A stretch of DNA of 64,000 nucleotides from an uncultured Gammaproteobacteria bacterium (GCA_964355955.1 CAYHFQ010000002.1:2338-66337), one strand, 5' to 3'; numbered from the stretch's first letter, positions 16,432-26,546 are shown. Notes: a model not told the origin generated them from the sequence alone. Numbers and translations: made by a program.

Positions 16432-17916
16432 ATGCGTCGAGACCGTTTGGCTAGCTTGCGTGAGCAGGGGATTGAGCCATATCCCGCCGAACTCGAGCGG
16501 ACTCATGTTATTGCCGACGTGGTCGGTCAGTTTGCGGAGCTTGAAGCCGCTGGCGCCTCAGTCACCATCGTCGGCCGTGTTAAGGCCTTGCGTCAAATGG
16601 GTGGCCTCACGTTTATTCGCCTCGTCGACGGCACGGGGGACATGCAGGTGGTCCTCAAAGAAGATCAAGTTGGTGCCGAACAATATCAACTCTTTATCAA
16701 TCACGCCGACGTGGGCGACTTCTTCGGTTTTACTGGCGGCATGTACGTCACCCAAAAAGGCGAACGCTCCGTGCTCGCCGGCAACTTTACCATTCTCGCT
16801 AAAGCACTCTCACCTTTGCCAGACAAGTGGAGCGGTTTGCAAGACGTTGAATTGCGCTATCGCCACCGCGAGCTCGATCTCATTAGCAATCCGGAAGTGC
16901 GTAAGCGTTTTGAGACTCGGAGTAAAATCGTTTCCACCATGCGTCGTTTCCTTGACGAGCGTGGCTTCATGGAAGTCGAAACACCTATTTTGCAACCAAT
17001 CCCCGGCGGCGCCAGTGCTCGTCCCTTCATTACTCACCACAACGCACTCGACGCTGATCTCTATTTACGCATCGCGCCTGAACTTTACCTCAAGCGTCTC
17101 GTTGTCGGCGGCTTCGAAAAGATTTACGAAATTGGCCGCTGCTTCCGCAACGAAGGCATCGACTACGCCCACAATCCAGAATTCACCATGATGGAGCTCT
17201 ACTGGGCCTACGCTGACAAAAACTCTTTCGTCGCCATGCTCGAAGAGCTCGTGGTCACCATTGTTAACGCCAGTTTTGGCGGCCTAGTCGTTCCATACGG
17301 CGAGGGCAGTATTGACTTCACCGCACCATGGAAGAAAGTCACTTTCCGTCAAGCCATCATCGACGCTTGCGGCATCGATATCGACACTATTCACTCGTCG
17401 GCCGAATTATTCGTCGCCATCAAAGCTGCTAAACTAAAAATCGACTTCAAAGGCTGCGTTGGCATGGGCGAGTTCTACGATCAGCTCTACAAGAAAACGG
17501 CTCGCGCCGCTATTACTCAGCCAACCTGGGTTTTTGACTATCCAATCGAACTCAAGCCATTAGCTAAAGCCAATCCAGCCGATCCAACCAAGAGTTCATC
17601 TGTTCAGTTGGTCGTGCAAGGCGCGGAAATTATCAACGCTTACTATTACGAACTCAACGACCCACTCGACCAGCGTGCCCGCTTTGAAGAACAACAGTCA
17701 CTCCGCGAACAGGGCAGTGAGGAAGCTCAGTGGATGGACGAGGACTTCCTGTCAGCCCTGGAACACGCCATGCCACCTACCTCTGGCGTCGGCATCGGTA
17801 TTGACCGCTTGGTCGCCTTCTTAACCAACTCACCAAGCCTTAAAGAAGTCATTCTTTTTCCAACCTTGAAACCAATCCAGCCAGCAGTCGTAAAAAATGA
17901 CGAGGCGGCCGTATGA
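16432..17916 (+). CDS. lysS: lysyl-tRNA synthetase, class II
   Basis: N-terminal anticodon-binding OB fold (FIRLVDGTG...QVVL) and class II motifs (FRNEGI, GIGIDRL). Start chosen at MRRDRL with the gaaggat RBS; the upstream ORF-track start overlaps the greA terminator. Confidence 0.9.
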   Translation: MRRDRLASLREQGIEPYPAELERTHVIADVVGQFAELEAAGASVTIVGRVKALRQMGGLTFIRLVDGTGDMQVVLKEDQVGAEQYQLFINHADVGDFFGFTGGMYVTQKGERSVLAGNFTILAKALSPLPDKWSGLQDVELRYRHRELDLISNPEVRKRFETRSKIVSTMRRFLDERGFMEVETPILQPIPGGASARPFITHHNALDADLYLRIAPELYLKRLVVGGFEKIYEIGRCFRNEGIDYAHNPEFTMMELYWAYADKNSFVAMLEELVVTIVNASFGGLVVPYGEGSIDFTAPWKKVTFRQAIIDACGIDIDTIHSSAELFVAIKAAKLKIDFKGCVGMGEFYDQLYKKTARAAITQPTWVFDYPIELKPLAKANPADPTKSSSVQLVVQGAEIINAYYYELNDPLDQRARFEEQQSLREQGSEEAQWMDEDFLSALEHAMPPTSGVGIGIDRLVAFLTNSPSLKEVILFPTLKPIQPAVVKNDEAAV

Positions 17917-18341
17917 AAAAAGTAATGGTCTTCGGCTCGTTCGACGTGCTGCACGAGGGTCACCACCACTTCCTAAAAGACGCTAAGGCGCTAGGTGACT
18001 ATCTAGTAGTCGCTCTAGCCTCGGACGCCAGCATCCGTTTCCTCAAAGAACATGAACCCAAGACTAGCTTCGACGTCAGAGCGGCGGCCTTAAGCCTCAG
18101 TGAATACGTCGACGAAGTAGTGGCAGGGGACGAGCTAGACGACGATGGGAATGACGCTTTCGGCACCTGGCAAGTAATAGACAAATTAAAACCAGACATC
18201 ATCGCCTGCGGTTACGACCAGCAGGCTATAAACGAACTTCTCACGCAACGTTTTGCGACACTAGATTCTCCGCAGATTGTTAGTCTGCCACCGTTTGAAC
18301 CAACAATTTACAAATCCTCACTGCTCAATTCCCTTATATGA
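17913..18341 (+). CDS. cytidylyltransferase-family protein (TagD / glycerol-3-phosphate cytidylyltransferase-like)
   Basis: MKKVMVFGSFDVLHEGHHHFLKDAKALGDYLVVALASD closely resembles the TagD N-terminus with its HxGH motif. Confidence 0.6.
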   Translation: MKKVMVFGSFDVLHEGHHHFLKDAKALGDYLVVALASDASIRFLKEHEPKTSFDVRAAALSLSEYVDEVVAGDELDDDGNDAFGTWQVIDKLKPDIIACGYDQQAINELLTQRFATLDSPQIVSLPPFEPTIYKSSLLNSLI

Positions 18342-19603
18342 TCGACTTAAAAATTCTGCGCGAAACGCCAAACGTAATCAGAGAAGCCGCTAAGGCTAAG
18401 AATGTCGAGATCGATATTGACCGCATTCTCGACCTGGACCGTAAAGTCCGCGGCTTGAAGGGCGAAATGGAAAGTATCGCGGCGCAAAAAAATGACTCCG
18501 GCAAGCGTATTGCTAAGGCTACGCCCGAGGAGCGCAAGGCCATGATTGAGGAAATGCGTCCACTAGACGCCCGCGCCGAAAATTTGCAAGCCGAATTCGC
18601 GCCGCTCGCCGAAGAACTCGAAGAGTTGCTGCACAAAATCCCTAATCCATCTTTGCCAGACGTGCGGATTGGCCACAGCGATACCGAGAACGTCGCTATC
18701 CGCTTGGTTGGCGAACCACGTAAATTTGCTTTCCCTGTTAAGGATCACTTGGAACTCGGCGAAGCGCTCGGCATTATCGACACCGTGCGGGCTGCTAAAG
18801 TCAGCGGCGCTCGCTTCACCTACTTGGTAGGGGACGGAGCCCTCCTTGAAATGGCTCTCGTCGACTACGCTGTTCGCACCGCCATCAAACACGGCTTCAC
18901 GCCAGTTACTGTGCCACATCTCGTCAGCGCCAAAGCTATGCGCGCTATGGGTTATTTGGAGCACGGTGGTCACGACGAAATCTATTATCTAGCCAAAGAC
19001 AACCTTTACCTCATCGGTACGTCGGAACAAGCCATCGGCCCCATGCACACGGATGAGATTCTCGACATCGACGCTGCTCCTAAGCGTTACGTCGGCATTT
19101 CACCGTGCTATCGCCGCGAGTCGGGCACCTACGGCAAGGACACCAAGGGTATCATTCGTTTGCACCAATTCACTAAAGTAGAAATGTTTAGTTTCTGTAA
19201 GCCGGAAGATTCCGCAGCGCAACACGAAATGATGCTGGTGATCGAAGAAGAGCTCATGCAGGGCCTTGGTTTGCCATACCACGTTCTCGACATCGTCTCG
19301 GGCGACCTTGGATTACCTGCCGCCAAAAAGTGGGACATCGAAGCCTGGTTCCCATCCCAAGAGCGTTACCGCGAAACTCATTCCACCAGTAACTGCACAG
19401 ACTTCCAAGCTCGCCGCCTCAATACTCGTTATCGTACAGAGGAGGGGATTAACTTCGTTCACACCGTCAACGGCACTGCCTTCTCCGGCCGACCAATCGC
19501 CGCTATCCTCGAAAACTTCCAGGAAGCCGACGGCAGCGTGCGCATTCCGGAAGTTTTGCAAGCCTACATGGGCAAGAGTGTCATCACCCCAAGAACAGTC
19601 TAG
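18338..19603 (+). CDS. serS: seryl-tRNA synthetase
   Basis: N-terminal coiled-coil arm (MIDLKILRE...) and class II core (FRxE, TAFSGRPIAAILE). Confidence 0.9.
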   Translation: MIDLKILRETPNVIREAAKAKNVEIDIDRILDLDRKVRGLKGEMESIAAQKNDSGKRIAKATPEERKAMIEEMRPLDARAENLQAEFAPLAEELEELLHKIPNPSLPDVRIGHSDTENVAIRLVGEPRKFAFPVKDHLELGEALGIIDTVRAAKVSGARFTYLVGDGALLEMALVDYAVRTAIKHGFTPVTVPHLVSAKAMRAMGYLEHGGHDEIYYLAKDNLYLIGTSEQAIGPMHTDEILDIDAAPKRYVGISPCYRRESGTYGKDTKGIIRLHQFTKVEMFSFCKPEDSAAQHEMMLVIEEELMQGLGLPYHVLDIVSGDLGLPAAKKWDIEAWFPSQERYRETHSTSNCTDFQARRLNTRYRTEEGINFVHTVNGTAFSGRPIAAILENFQEADGSVRIPEVLQAYMGKSVITPRTV

Positions 19604-19606
19604 TTT

Positions 19607-20737
19607 GTGCGTACTTGGGTCGAGATTTCGCGTACCGCCATGGCTAGCAACGTCGCTGCACTGCAGGCTTTATTAGAGCCGACTGTCTCTCTTTGTGCTT
19701 TCGTGAAGAGTTTCGCCTACGGCCATGACATTTCGCTCACCACCAAGTTACTCGGTGAATCCGGCGTGACGCATTTTGGCGTCGACAGCATTGACGAGGC
19801 CTTGGACGTGAGAGCAGTAGCACCAGAGGCCGCTATCTTTATTATGGGCATGGTGCCGGTCGAGCGTTTTGATGAAGTTGTGGCGCACGATTGCGTGCAA
19901 AATATTTACGACGAAGAAGGCTTGCGCGCCATTGTTGATGCGGCCGTCAAGCAGCAGAAAGTTGCGCTCATTAATATTGAGATAGAGACCGGCTTAAATC
20001 GATTGGGCGTCATCGAACGCGTTTTGGTCGACCTTTTACGAACCATAAAAAACAATCCTCGTAGTGTTAAACTTGTCGGTTTGTCGACCCATCTCTCGTC
20101 AGCGGAAGATGTCGCCGAGCAACATTACGTCTACGCTCAGGAAGATGGCTTGCAGCGCGCTCTGGAGCTTTGTGCGAGTTATGAACTCAGCGTGCCGTTC
20201 GTGCATTGCGCTAATAGTGCAGCGACAATTTTTGCGCCCCGCGTGCACGACACTATGGTTCGCGTCGGCATAGCCCTTTACGGTTTGTGGCCGAGCGCCG
20301 AACTCAAGCTAGCTGTACAACGTGGTCGGGCTTTTGAGTTACAGCCAGTTCTCAGTTGGAAAACTAAAGTTGTGCAAATAAAAGACGTACCAGCCGGCGG
20401 GGCAGTCGGTTATGATCGAACCTTTATTACCAATCGAGCCATCCGCGTCGCAGTTTTGCCAGTTGGCTATTGGGACGGTTACGATCGCGGGTTATCGAAC
20501 AAAGGCAAAGTGCTTATTCATGGCCGTCCCTGTGCTGTACTCGGTCGGATTTGCATGAACATGATGATGGTCGACGTCTCAGAAATTGCGCAAATCAAAG
20601 CGGGCGACGTGGCGACTCTGCTTGGCCGTGAAGGCATGGGTATGGTGACCGCGGAGACAATCGCCCAGGAACTTGGTACAATTAACTATGAAGTCGTCAC
20701 TCGCATCAATCCGCTCATCCCACGTTTAGTCGTATGA
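19607..20737 (+). CDS. alr: alanine racemase
   Basis: PLP-lysine motif AFVKSFAYGHD and C-terminal beta domain. 376 aa. Confidence 0.85.
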   Translation: MRTWVEISRTAMASNVAALQALLEPTVSLCAFVKSFAYGHDISLTTKLLGESGVTHFGVDSIDEALDVRAVAPEAAIFIMGMVPVERFDEVVAHDCVQNIYDEEGLRAIVDAAVKQQKVALINIEIETGLNRLGVIERVLVDLLRTIKNNPRSVKLVGLSTHLSSAEDVAEQHYVYAQEDGLQRALELCASYELSVPFVHCANSAATIFAPRVHDTMVRVGIALYGLWPSAELKLAVQRGRAFELQPVLSWKTKVVQIKDVPAGGAVGYDRTFITNRAIRVAVLPVGYWDGYDRGLSNKGKVLIHGRPCAVLGRICMNMMMVDVSEIAQIKAGDVATLLGREGMGMVTAETIAQELGTINYEVVTRINPLIPRLVV

Positions 20738-21621
20738 TGCAGCACCGCAACTTTACGCGCGTTGCCCACGCCAAATCTTATGCTGGCGGTCGTTTGCGCA
20801 ACCCATTTTTTGATCACGAGCCACGGCATATTAACCCGTGGTTTTTGTTAGTCGGTATTTCAGTCATCAGTTTAGGATTATTTGCCGCCTTTCTTTACGC
20901 ACCATTTCTCCAATACAATCAGCTAGAAGTTGACGGTCTGACCACCTTATCTTCCGGTGAAGTTGAGGCTACAGTCAACGAAGTACTGAATCATAACCGT
21001 TGGTTGTTAGTGCCTGGTCGTCAGTTATTTTTAATGAATAGTGCACGAGTTATTAAAGAGCTAGACATTAAATTTAACTTTGCTAGTATCTCTTTGCATC
21101 GCAGCGGGCGTCATTTAGTGATTAACGCTGTTGAACGGATTACGCAAGTGACATGGCTCGTTGGTGATAAAGGCTATTTACTTGATTTGTCCGGCTTGGC
21201 GGTAGCCGAGGCCTCGCCTGAAGTGCTGGCTAATGTGACCGCACGTAAAAGTGGTGCGGTGGAGATTCCCGCAGCTCCAGGCGTGCAACCTACCATGCCA
21301 ATTATTATAAATAACCAGGCGGAGGAAGTAGTGCTAGGCCAAGGCGTACTCGATGTAACACGACTAACCAACGTGCTCATGCTAGACAGTGCCCTGCGAG
21401 AGAGGGGACTCATACCTCGTTCTTACGTATTTGAGGACAGTTCGCAGCCTTGGTTAACAGTGCAAACAGATTCAATCGCACTGCTGGTCGACGTCACTCA
21501 AAGTATTATCGAGGCTGTCAGCATGTTCGATACTTACCGCACGCAAGGGAACACTTCTTTTACGACACTAAAGTACATTGATTTACGTTTTGGCAATCAC
21601 CTTTATATTCAAACTAAATAA
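20734..21621 (+). CDS. ftsQ: cell-division protein FtsQ/DivIB-like (POTRA domain)
   Basis: Cytoplasmic tail, single TM, then POTRA-like LEVDGLTTLSSGEV...LVINAVERITQVTWLVGDKGYLLDLSG. Confidence 0.55.
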   Translation: MMQHRNFTRVAHAKSYAGGRLRNPFFDHEPRHINPWFLLVGISVISLGLFAAFLYAPFLQYNQLEVDGLTTLSSGEVEATVNEVLNHNRWLLVPGRQLFLMNSARVIKELDIKFNFASISLHRSGRHLVINAVERITQVTWLVGDKGYLLDLSGLAVAEASPEVLANVTARKSGAVEIPAAPGVQPTMPIIINNQAEEVVLGQGVLDVTRLTNVLMLDSALRERGLIPRSYVFEDSSQPWLTVQTDSIALLVDVTQSIIEAVSMFDTYRTQGNTSFTTLKYIDLRFGNHLYIQTK

Positions 21622-21629
21622 ATTATAAT

Positions 21630-22103
21630 ATGACTACAATCGAACTCCTGAACACTAAGGCGCCAGCATTTTCGTTAGCCGACCAAGAAGGTAAGATTCA
21701 CAACTTGAAAGACTACGCTGGCAAGCTGCTTGTCCTATATTTCTACCCAAAGGATTTGACACCTGGCTGCACAATCGAGGCCTGCAACTTTCGTGACAAC
21801 CTAGCTCGGGTCAGGAGCGCTGGTGCAGCTGTGCTCGGCGTCTCAGCGGACTCTGTGAAGCGCCACGCTAAGTTCGCGGAGGTAGAGAAGCTTAACTTCC
21901 CGGTGCTGAGCGATGAGTCTCACGAGATGCTAAACGCTTACGGCGTGTGGCAGGAAAAGAAAATGATGGGGAAGAAGTACATGGGTATCGTCAGAACGAC
22001 ACTTATTATCGACGAGCAGGGGATGGTTCGTAAGATTTGGACTGATGTTAAAGTGAACGGCCATGTCGACGAAGTGATTGCGACGCTTAAGGAACTAAAA
22101 TAA
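21630..22103 (+). CDS. bcp: thiol peroxidase Bcp (peroxiredoxin, AhpC/TSA family)
   Basis: LVLYFYPKDLTPGCTIEACNFRD catalytic motif. 157 aa. Confidence 0.85.
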   Translation: MTTIELLNTKAPAFSLADQEGKIHNLKDYAGKLLVLYFYPKDLTPGCTIEACNFRDNLARVRSAGAAVLGVSADSVKRHAKFAEVEKLNFPVLSDESHEMLNAYGVWQEKKMMGKKYMGIVRTTLIIDEQGMVRKIWTDVKVNGHVDEVIATLKELK

Positions 22104-22192
22104 TTAGCCATAGCCATTATTATAACCCGTTATTGGGCTTTGTAATGGATCTGTCTGACTGGACACTTGTAGATAATAATTGAGGTGGGGTA

Positions 22193-22222
22193 GGCGAGAA
22201 CCATACATTCTCGCCTTTATTC
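22193..22222 (+). terminator. intrinsic terminator after bcp
   Basis: ggcgagaa-ccataca-ttctcgcc followed by tttattcc. Confidence 0.55.
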
Positions 22223-22594
22223 CTGCATAATTAGGTGTCGCGCATTATACCTTTTGCGAACCATAGGTTGACAATAAAAGAAAACCCAGTAAACGTTAGA
22301 ATCGTTAGTTGTCTTTATCTAATAATACATTTCTCCTACTGCCATGTAATACCAACAATACAGTAGTTCATTATACTGGCCGAGACCGACTAGTCACCAT
22401 CAGTAAGCCCTGAGGCTGGATGTCGTTGATCGCCTATGTGTCGCAATATGTTAATTACCTACCAATAGCCTAACTAGCTCCAATGAGAGCTATAGGGCTT
22501 AAATGACCGACGCATTTAAATGCGCTGTGTTAAACTAGGGGTCCTGTAGTACCTCTAATTTCAATATCGAAAAGCAGGCGTCAACCTGTGGCGC

Positions 22595-23803
22595 TTAGTT
22601 TGATAAATAGCTCATCGGATTAACCGGAATACCACTCTTACGTACCTCAAAATGTAAATGCGGCCCAGTCGAAAGACCGGCTCCTTGCATGCCAGGCTTA
22701 CCACCGGATAAGCCAATCTGCTCGCCGCGAGCTACGTACTGATCAGGCTTAACATCCATGCGCATCATGTGAGCATAAAGCGTCGCCATGCCGTTGGTAT
22801 GGATGATCATGACATAGTTGCCATATTGACTGCCGGTCTTTGCCCAAGCCACGTAGCCAGGTGCGGCAGCTTCAATTGAAGTACCAACAGGTACAGCAAT
22901 ATCTAAACCAGAGTGTTCAAACATTCTGCGGAAGGGGTACGTAGGGTCGTGAAATAATGTAGTGATAATTCCCCGTAATGGCCAAGTCATTTCAGAAGAC
23001 CCTTCCCCCACCTGGTCATTTTGCGCCAACTTAGCTTCAATCGAGTTCTGTAGAGCAGAAATTTCAGCAGCTACACTTTGCTGTTCCTGACGTAGCTCGC
23101 TCATGAGCGTGGTGTACCCTGCTTGGCTCTCCTCTGCTTGCGCCATGAGCACTTCCTTCGCCTGCTGCTGTCCTTCAAGCTTAGCGACTTTAGCCGTTAG
23201 TTCACTAGCTAAATCGTTCAGTGACGCTAGCTTAAGTTCGTGGTCGGCCTTATCTGCTTCGAGCCCCGCCTGGGTGGCCTGAGTAGCGTCGACGGTCTGT
23301 TTCAAGCCGCGGTTAACATCCTCCAACTGCGATACACTATTAAACGCTTCGTGGAAATTACCAGCGCCAAAAAACGTAGCTACTAAGCCGTGATCCTCAT
23401 GCTGATTCAAAGTGAAGAGCATGTTAGACAACATCGCCCGTTGACGTTCCAAGTCAGCCGCCTGCGCCCCGATGTCATTCTCAAGTACGCGCATCTCGAG
23501 GTTTTGTTGCTCGATTTCCGTTTGTGTGGCGGTAATATCAAGCTCAGCAATAGCTGTTTGATTCTCTATTAAGGCTACATCGTTAGCCAAGGATGCACTC
23601 ATGGCAGCAGCTCCATTTATTCTTTTCTTAAGCGTAGTTAGCTTATTGTTAACTTCACTTATAGCTGCCTTTTTTTGAGCTATCTGATCCTGCAGTTCTT
23701 GCGTCGTCGCTTCCGCCGAAACTCTATCTACGCGACCGGCAAACAAGACCATTGTTATCAATGGGATCAAGGCCAATAGTGCGATTGATTGGCGTCGAGA
23801 CAT
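22595..23803 (-). CDS. M23/LytM-family peptidase with an N-terminal coiled-coil (EnvC-like murein hydrolase or activator)
   Basis: Signal/TM, long coiled-coil, C-terminal LytM domain (GLDIAVPVGTSIEAAAPG...YGNYVMIIH...GPHLHFEVR). Confidence 0.8.
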   Translation of the reverse strand: MSRRQSIALLALIPLITMVLFAGRVDRVSAEATTQELQDQIAQKKAAISEVNNKLTTLKKRINGAAAMSASLANDVALIENQTAIAELDITATQTEIEQQNLEMRVLENDIGAQAADLERQRAMLSNMLFTLNQHEDHGLVATFFGAGNFHEAFNSVSQLEDVNRGLKQTVDATQATQAGLEADKADHELKLASLNDLASELTAKVAKLEGQQQAKEVLMAQAEESQAGYTTLMSELRQEQQSVAAEISALQNSIEAKLAQNDQVGEGSSEMTWPLRGIITTLFHDPTYPFRRMFEHSGLDIAVPVGTSIEAAAPGYVAWAKTGSQYGNYVMIIHTNGMATLYAHMMRMDVKPDQYVARGEQIGLSGGKPGMQGAGLSTGPHLHFEVRKSGIPVNPMSYLSN

Positions 23804-23813
23804 GGCAGAATGA

Positions 23814-25286
23814 TTAACCGACTAATTCAAGGGCTCGTTGCAAACGAGCTAACGATTCCTCTTTACCTAAAGCCCACAACAATTCATACGGGCTAGCAGA
23901 CTTCTCAAGACCGGACAGCGCTACACGCATTGGCCACAACACATTACCATTCTGCAGTCCGTTAATTGTAATATACTCCTTTATAGCCGCTTCGAGAAGT
24001 ACAACTTCTGCAAACGCTGCTTCATCTAGCTGTCCGATGACTGCCGTCACATTTTTTAATTGAAGTGCCGAGTCTTCCGTCGTCGATTTCTTCCACGTTA
24101 AAATAGCCGGGTCATAAGCAGCGACGCCAACGTAAGCGCCCAACTTATCAGCGAACTCGGTTAATCTGCTGACGCGCTCGCGTTCGATTATCAGCGCTTT
24201 CTGCAAGGTAGGTGACGCCAAATCTAGTGTCGTAAAAGGTTGTACCGCCGCGACAAGTTCATTCTGCGTCAGCTTCATTAAATACTGATGGTTCATCCAA
24301 TCCAATTTTTCGATATTCATCACCGCCCCTGCCCTACTGACTTTTGACAGGTCAAAAAGCTCAACCAACTCGGCCCGGTCGTAAATCTCCTGGTCTGCCT
24401 TCGGGTTATAGCCAAGCGTGCTGATGAAGTTAATTAGAGTTTCTGGCAAATAGCCCTTGCTCAAATAACTCTCCACCGACACGTCCCCTTTCCGCTTACT
24501 GAGCTTAGTTTTGTCTGGATTCAGAATTAGCGGAACGTGAGCGTAAACTGGCATCGCGATCCCAAGCATGGCGCACAAAATAATCTGCTTCGGCGTCGAT
24601 GAAATCCACTCTTCGCCACGCAGCACATGACTAATCTTCATCAAGTAATCATCAACGACGACAGCCAAATGATATGAAGCAAAGCCGTCGGACTTAATTA
24701 TTACCTGATCGTCGACGTCGGCGTTATTGAAGCTGATCTCGCCGCGAATTGCGTCGACAAATTTGGATTCGCCTTCCGGGATCCGCAGGCGAATAACAAA
24801 CTTCTCGCCAGCTTCTTGGCGTGCCTTCACTTCGTCGAGACTCAAGCCAGCACAGCGGCGGTCGTACTTAGGATTCTGTTTAGCGTCGACTTGAGCAGCT
24901 CGCATCTCGACGAGTCTCTCGCTAGTACAGAAACAGACGTAAGCATTACCGTCGGCCAACAAACGGTCAGCATGCGGGCGATATAAATCGAGTCTCTTCG
25001 ATTGTGTATATGGCCCAACGTCACCTTTCTCGCTGAGCGTGCCATCTGGCAACAAAATTGGCCCTTCGTCGTAATCAATATTCAGCTTCTTAAAAGTATT
25101 AAGCAAACTTTCCACTGCTCCTTCGACTAAACGAGCTTGGTCGGTGTCTTCGATGCGTACAATAAACTGACCGCCCGTTTGGCGCGCCAAATAATAATCA
25201 AACATGACGGTTCGTAGCGTACCGATGTGCATGTAACCGGTTGGTGATGGCGCGATGCGAGTTCGAGTAATCATATTAGCGACCAA
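23814..25286 (-). CDS. gltX: glutamyl-tRNA synthetase
   Basis: HIGH motif (YMHIGTLRT) and KMSKS-like KLSKRKGD. 490 aa. Confidence 0.9.
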   Translation of the reverse strand: MVANMITRTRIAPSPTGYMHIGTLRTVMFDYYLARQTGGQFIVRIEDTDQARLVEGAVESLLNTFKKLNIDYDEGPILLPDGTLSEKGDVGPYTQSKRLDLYRPHADRLLADGNAYVCFCTSERLVEMRAAQVDAKQNPKYDRRCAGLSLDEVKARQEAGEKFVIRLRIPEGESKFVDAIRGEISFNNADVDDQVIIKSDGFASYHLAVVVDDYLMKISHVLRGEEWISSTPKQIILCAMLGIAMPVYAHVPLILNPDKTKLSKRKGDVSVESYLSKGYLPETLINFISTLGYNPKADQEIYDRAELVELFDLSKVSRAGAVMNIEKLDWMNHQYLMKLTQNELVAAVQPFTTLDLASPTLQKALIIERERVSRLTEFADKLGAYVGVAAYDPAILTWKKSTTEDSALQLKNVTAVIGQLDEAAFAEVVLLEAAIKEYITINGLQNGNVLWPMRVALSGLEKSASPYELLWALGKEESLARLQRALELVG

Positions 25287-26133
25287 TTAATTGTAGAAAA
25301 ATTTCAGGTAAAGTTCGACGTACAGCTCGCCAGAAGCGATGTTCTCGTAGTGTAAGCAAGATGACCATCAGTGGAAAGACGACCGTCGCTCGCCAGATTC
25401 GGCGCCAACGTCGCGGTTCAATCGCCAGCCGCCACACCCATTCCAAGCCAATCCTCTGCAGCAGCCTCGGCGCTCTTGGCAAAGTTTTGCCAATCATCGC
25501 GGCTGCTCCACCCACGCCAATCATTACTCTCACTGTGGATAAGTGGTCTACATTCAATGTATACATTGAATGTAGACCAAATATGCACCTCTCCTGCTTC
25601 CCCTGCCCCAGTCCTACTGCAATCACTTGCGCCTGCAATCCTCGCATCTCGTCGATGACGTTCGGCGGTAAATCCCCTGCCTCAGCGATTACTCCAGGAT
25701 CAAGCACGACTACGTCCAGGCCGGGCCACTGCAAACGAAGCTCAGCCGCGGCTCGTTCGTTCGCGCCCTGTTCGCCGAGCAAGAGAAGACGTTGCTGAGA
25801 CTCGACGCATAGTTCAGCCAGCAGTAATAGCGCTTGCACGCCCGGCACGCGGTTTCGCAGAGTCTGTTCGGTCAAGGCGGCCGAGGCAAACCGCAAACCA
25901 ACACCGTCTGGCAAATTCAAGTCAAGGCCGTTCAATAGTTCTTTAAACGATGCATCATGTTGCGCCGCCAATAAAAACTCCGGATTCGGCGTACACACCA
26001 AGTGCGTCATCGCAGCCGCTTTATCGCCGAGCCAATCACGAAACAGCGCCCTCGTCTGTGCTACGTCGACGTTATCGATTCGAACTCCAAGCAAGCTCAC
26101 CGAATTCATACCCGGCGCCATAAAATCACGCAC
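25276..26133 (-). CDS. WecG/TagA-family glycosyltransferase (N-acetylmannosaminyltransferase-like)
   Basis: LLGVRIDNV...LPDGVGL...GLGQGKQERC...IGVGGAAAMIGKTLPRAPRLLQRIGLEWVWRLAIEPRRWRR, the characteristic C-terminal motifs. Confidence 0.65.
   Translation of the reverse strand: MRDFMAPGMNSVSLLGVRIDNVDVAQTRALFRDWLGDKAAAMTHLVCTPNPEFLLAAQHDASFKELLNGLDLNLPDGVGLRFASAALTEQTLRNRVPGVQALLLLAELCVESQQRLLLLGEQGANERAAAELRLQWPGLDVVVLDPGVIAEAGDLPPNVIDEMRGLQAQVIAVGLGQGKQERCIFGLHSMYTLNVDHLSTVRVMIGVGGAAAMIGKTLPRAPRLLQRIGLEWVWRLAIEPRRWRRIWRATVVFPLMVILLTLREHRFWRAVRRTLPEIFLQLIGR
25544..25579. repeat. perfect 36-bp palindrome (18-bp arms, no spacer) inside the tagA/wecG-like CDS
   Basis: tggtctacattcaatgta|tacattgaatgtagacca. 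Both strands encode LHSMYTLNVD. Confidence 0.9.
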
Positions 26134-26546
26134 AACGCACCAAGCAGATCAAAAAATAAGTCTGCTAAACTGTCGCCCAAACCCATCTGTACTAAACCCG
26201 ACCAACTATTTACCCGCGTCAATTCCGCCAAAATAAACTCCATCCATTCCCAACCAATACCAATCAACCCCACAAAACCTAGAACTACTCCGGCAAAAAA
26301 AACTTTACTCAACCATTCTTGCTTCAATTTAAAACGAACATCCAGCACTACATGGTCCCACAAGGCCAGCGCCAAGACAGCCATCGCTACCCCACCGCCG
26401 AAGTGCATAGGCACGTCGTAATATGGGTACCAAGAATACAGCGCGATCATGCCCAAGATGTGAAAGAATATAACCCAGGCTACGGCTTTTGCTGCTTGTT
26501 TATAAGTTGTCATATTGCCCAATTCTAGCAGCAAAAAAGCGAGCAA
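26106..26546 (-). CDS. hypothetical membrane protein (4 TM helices)
   Basis: Hydrophobic helices. Overlaps the tagA-like start by 28 nt, so the start is uncertain. Confidence 0.4.
   Translation of the reverse strand: MLAFLLLELGNMTTYKQAAKAVAWVIFFHILGMIALYSWYPYYDVPMHFGGGVAMAVLALALWDHVVLDVRFKLKQEWLSKVFFAGVVLGFVGLIGIGWEWMEFILAELTRVNSWSGLVQMGLGDSLADLFFDLLGALCVILWRRV

Noticed and set aside
22104-22594. tRNA or other canonical RNA gene in the long bcp-M23 spacer
   Set aside because: No segment could be folded into a cloverleaf with conserved T-loop (GTTCRANYC) or D-loop elements by eye. It is left as an unexplained non-coding region.
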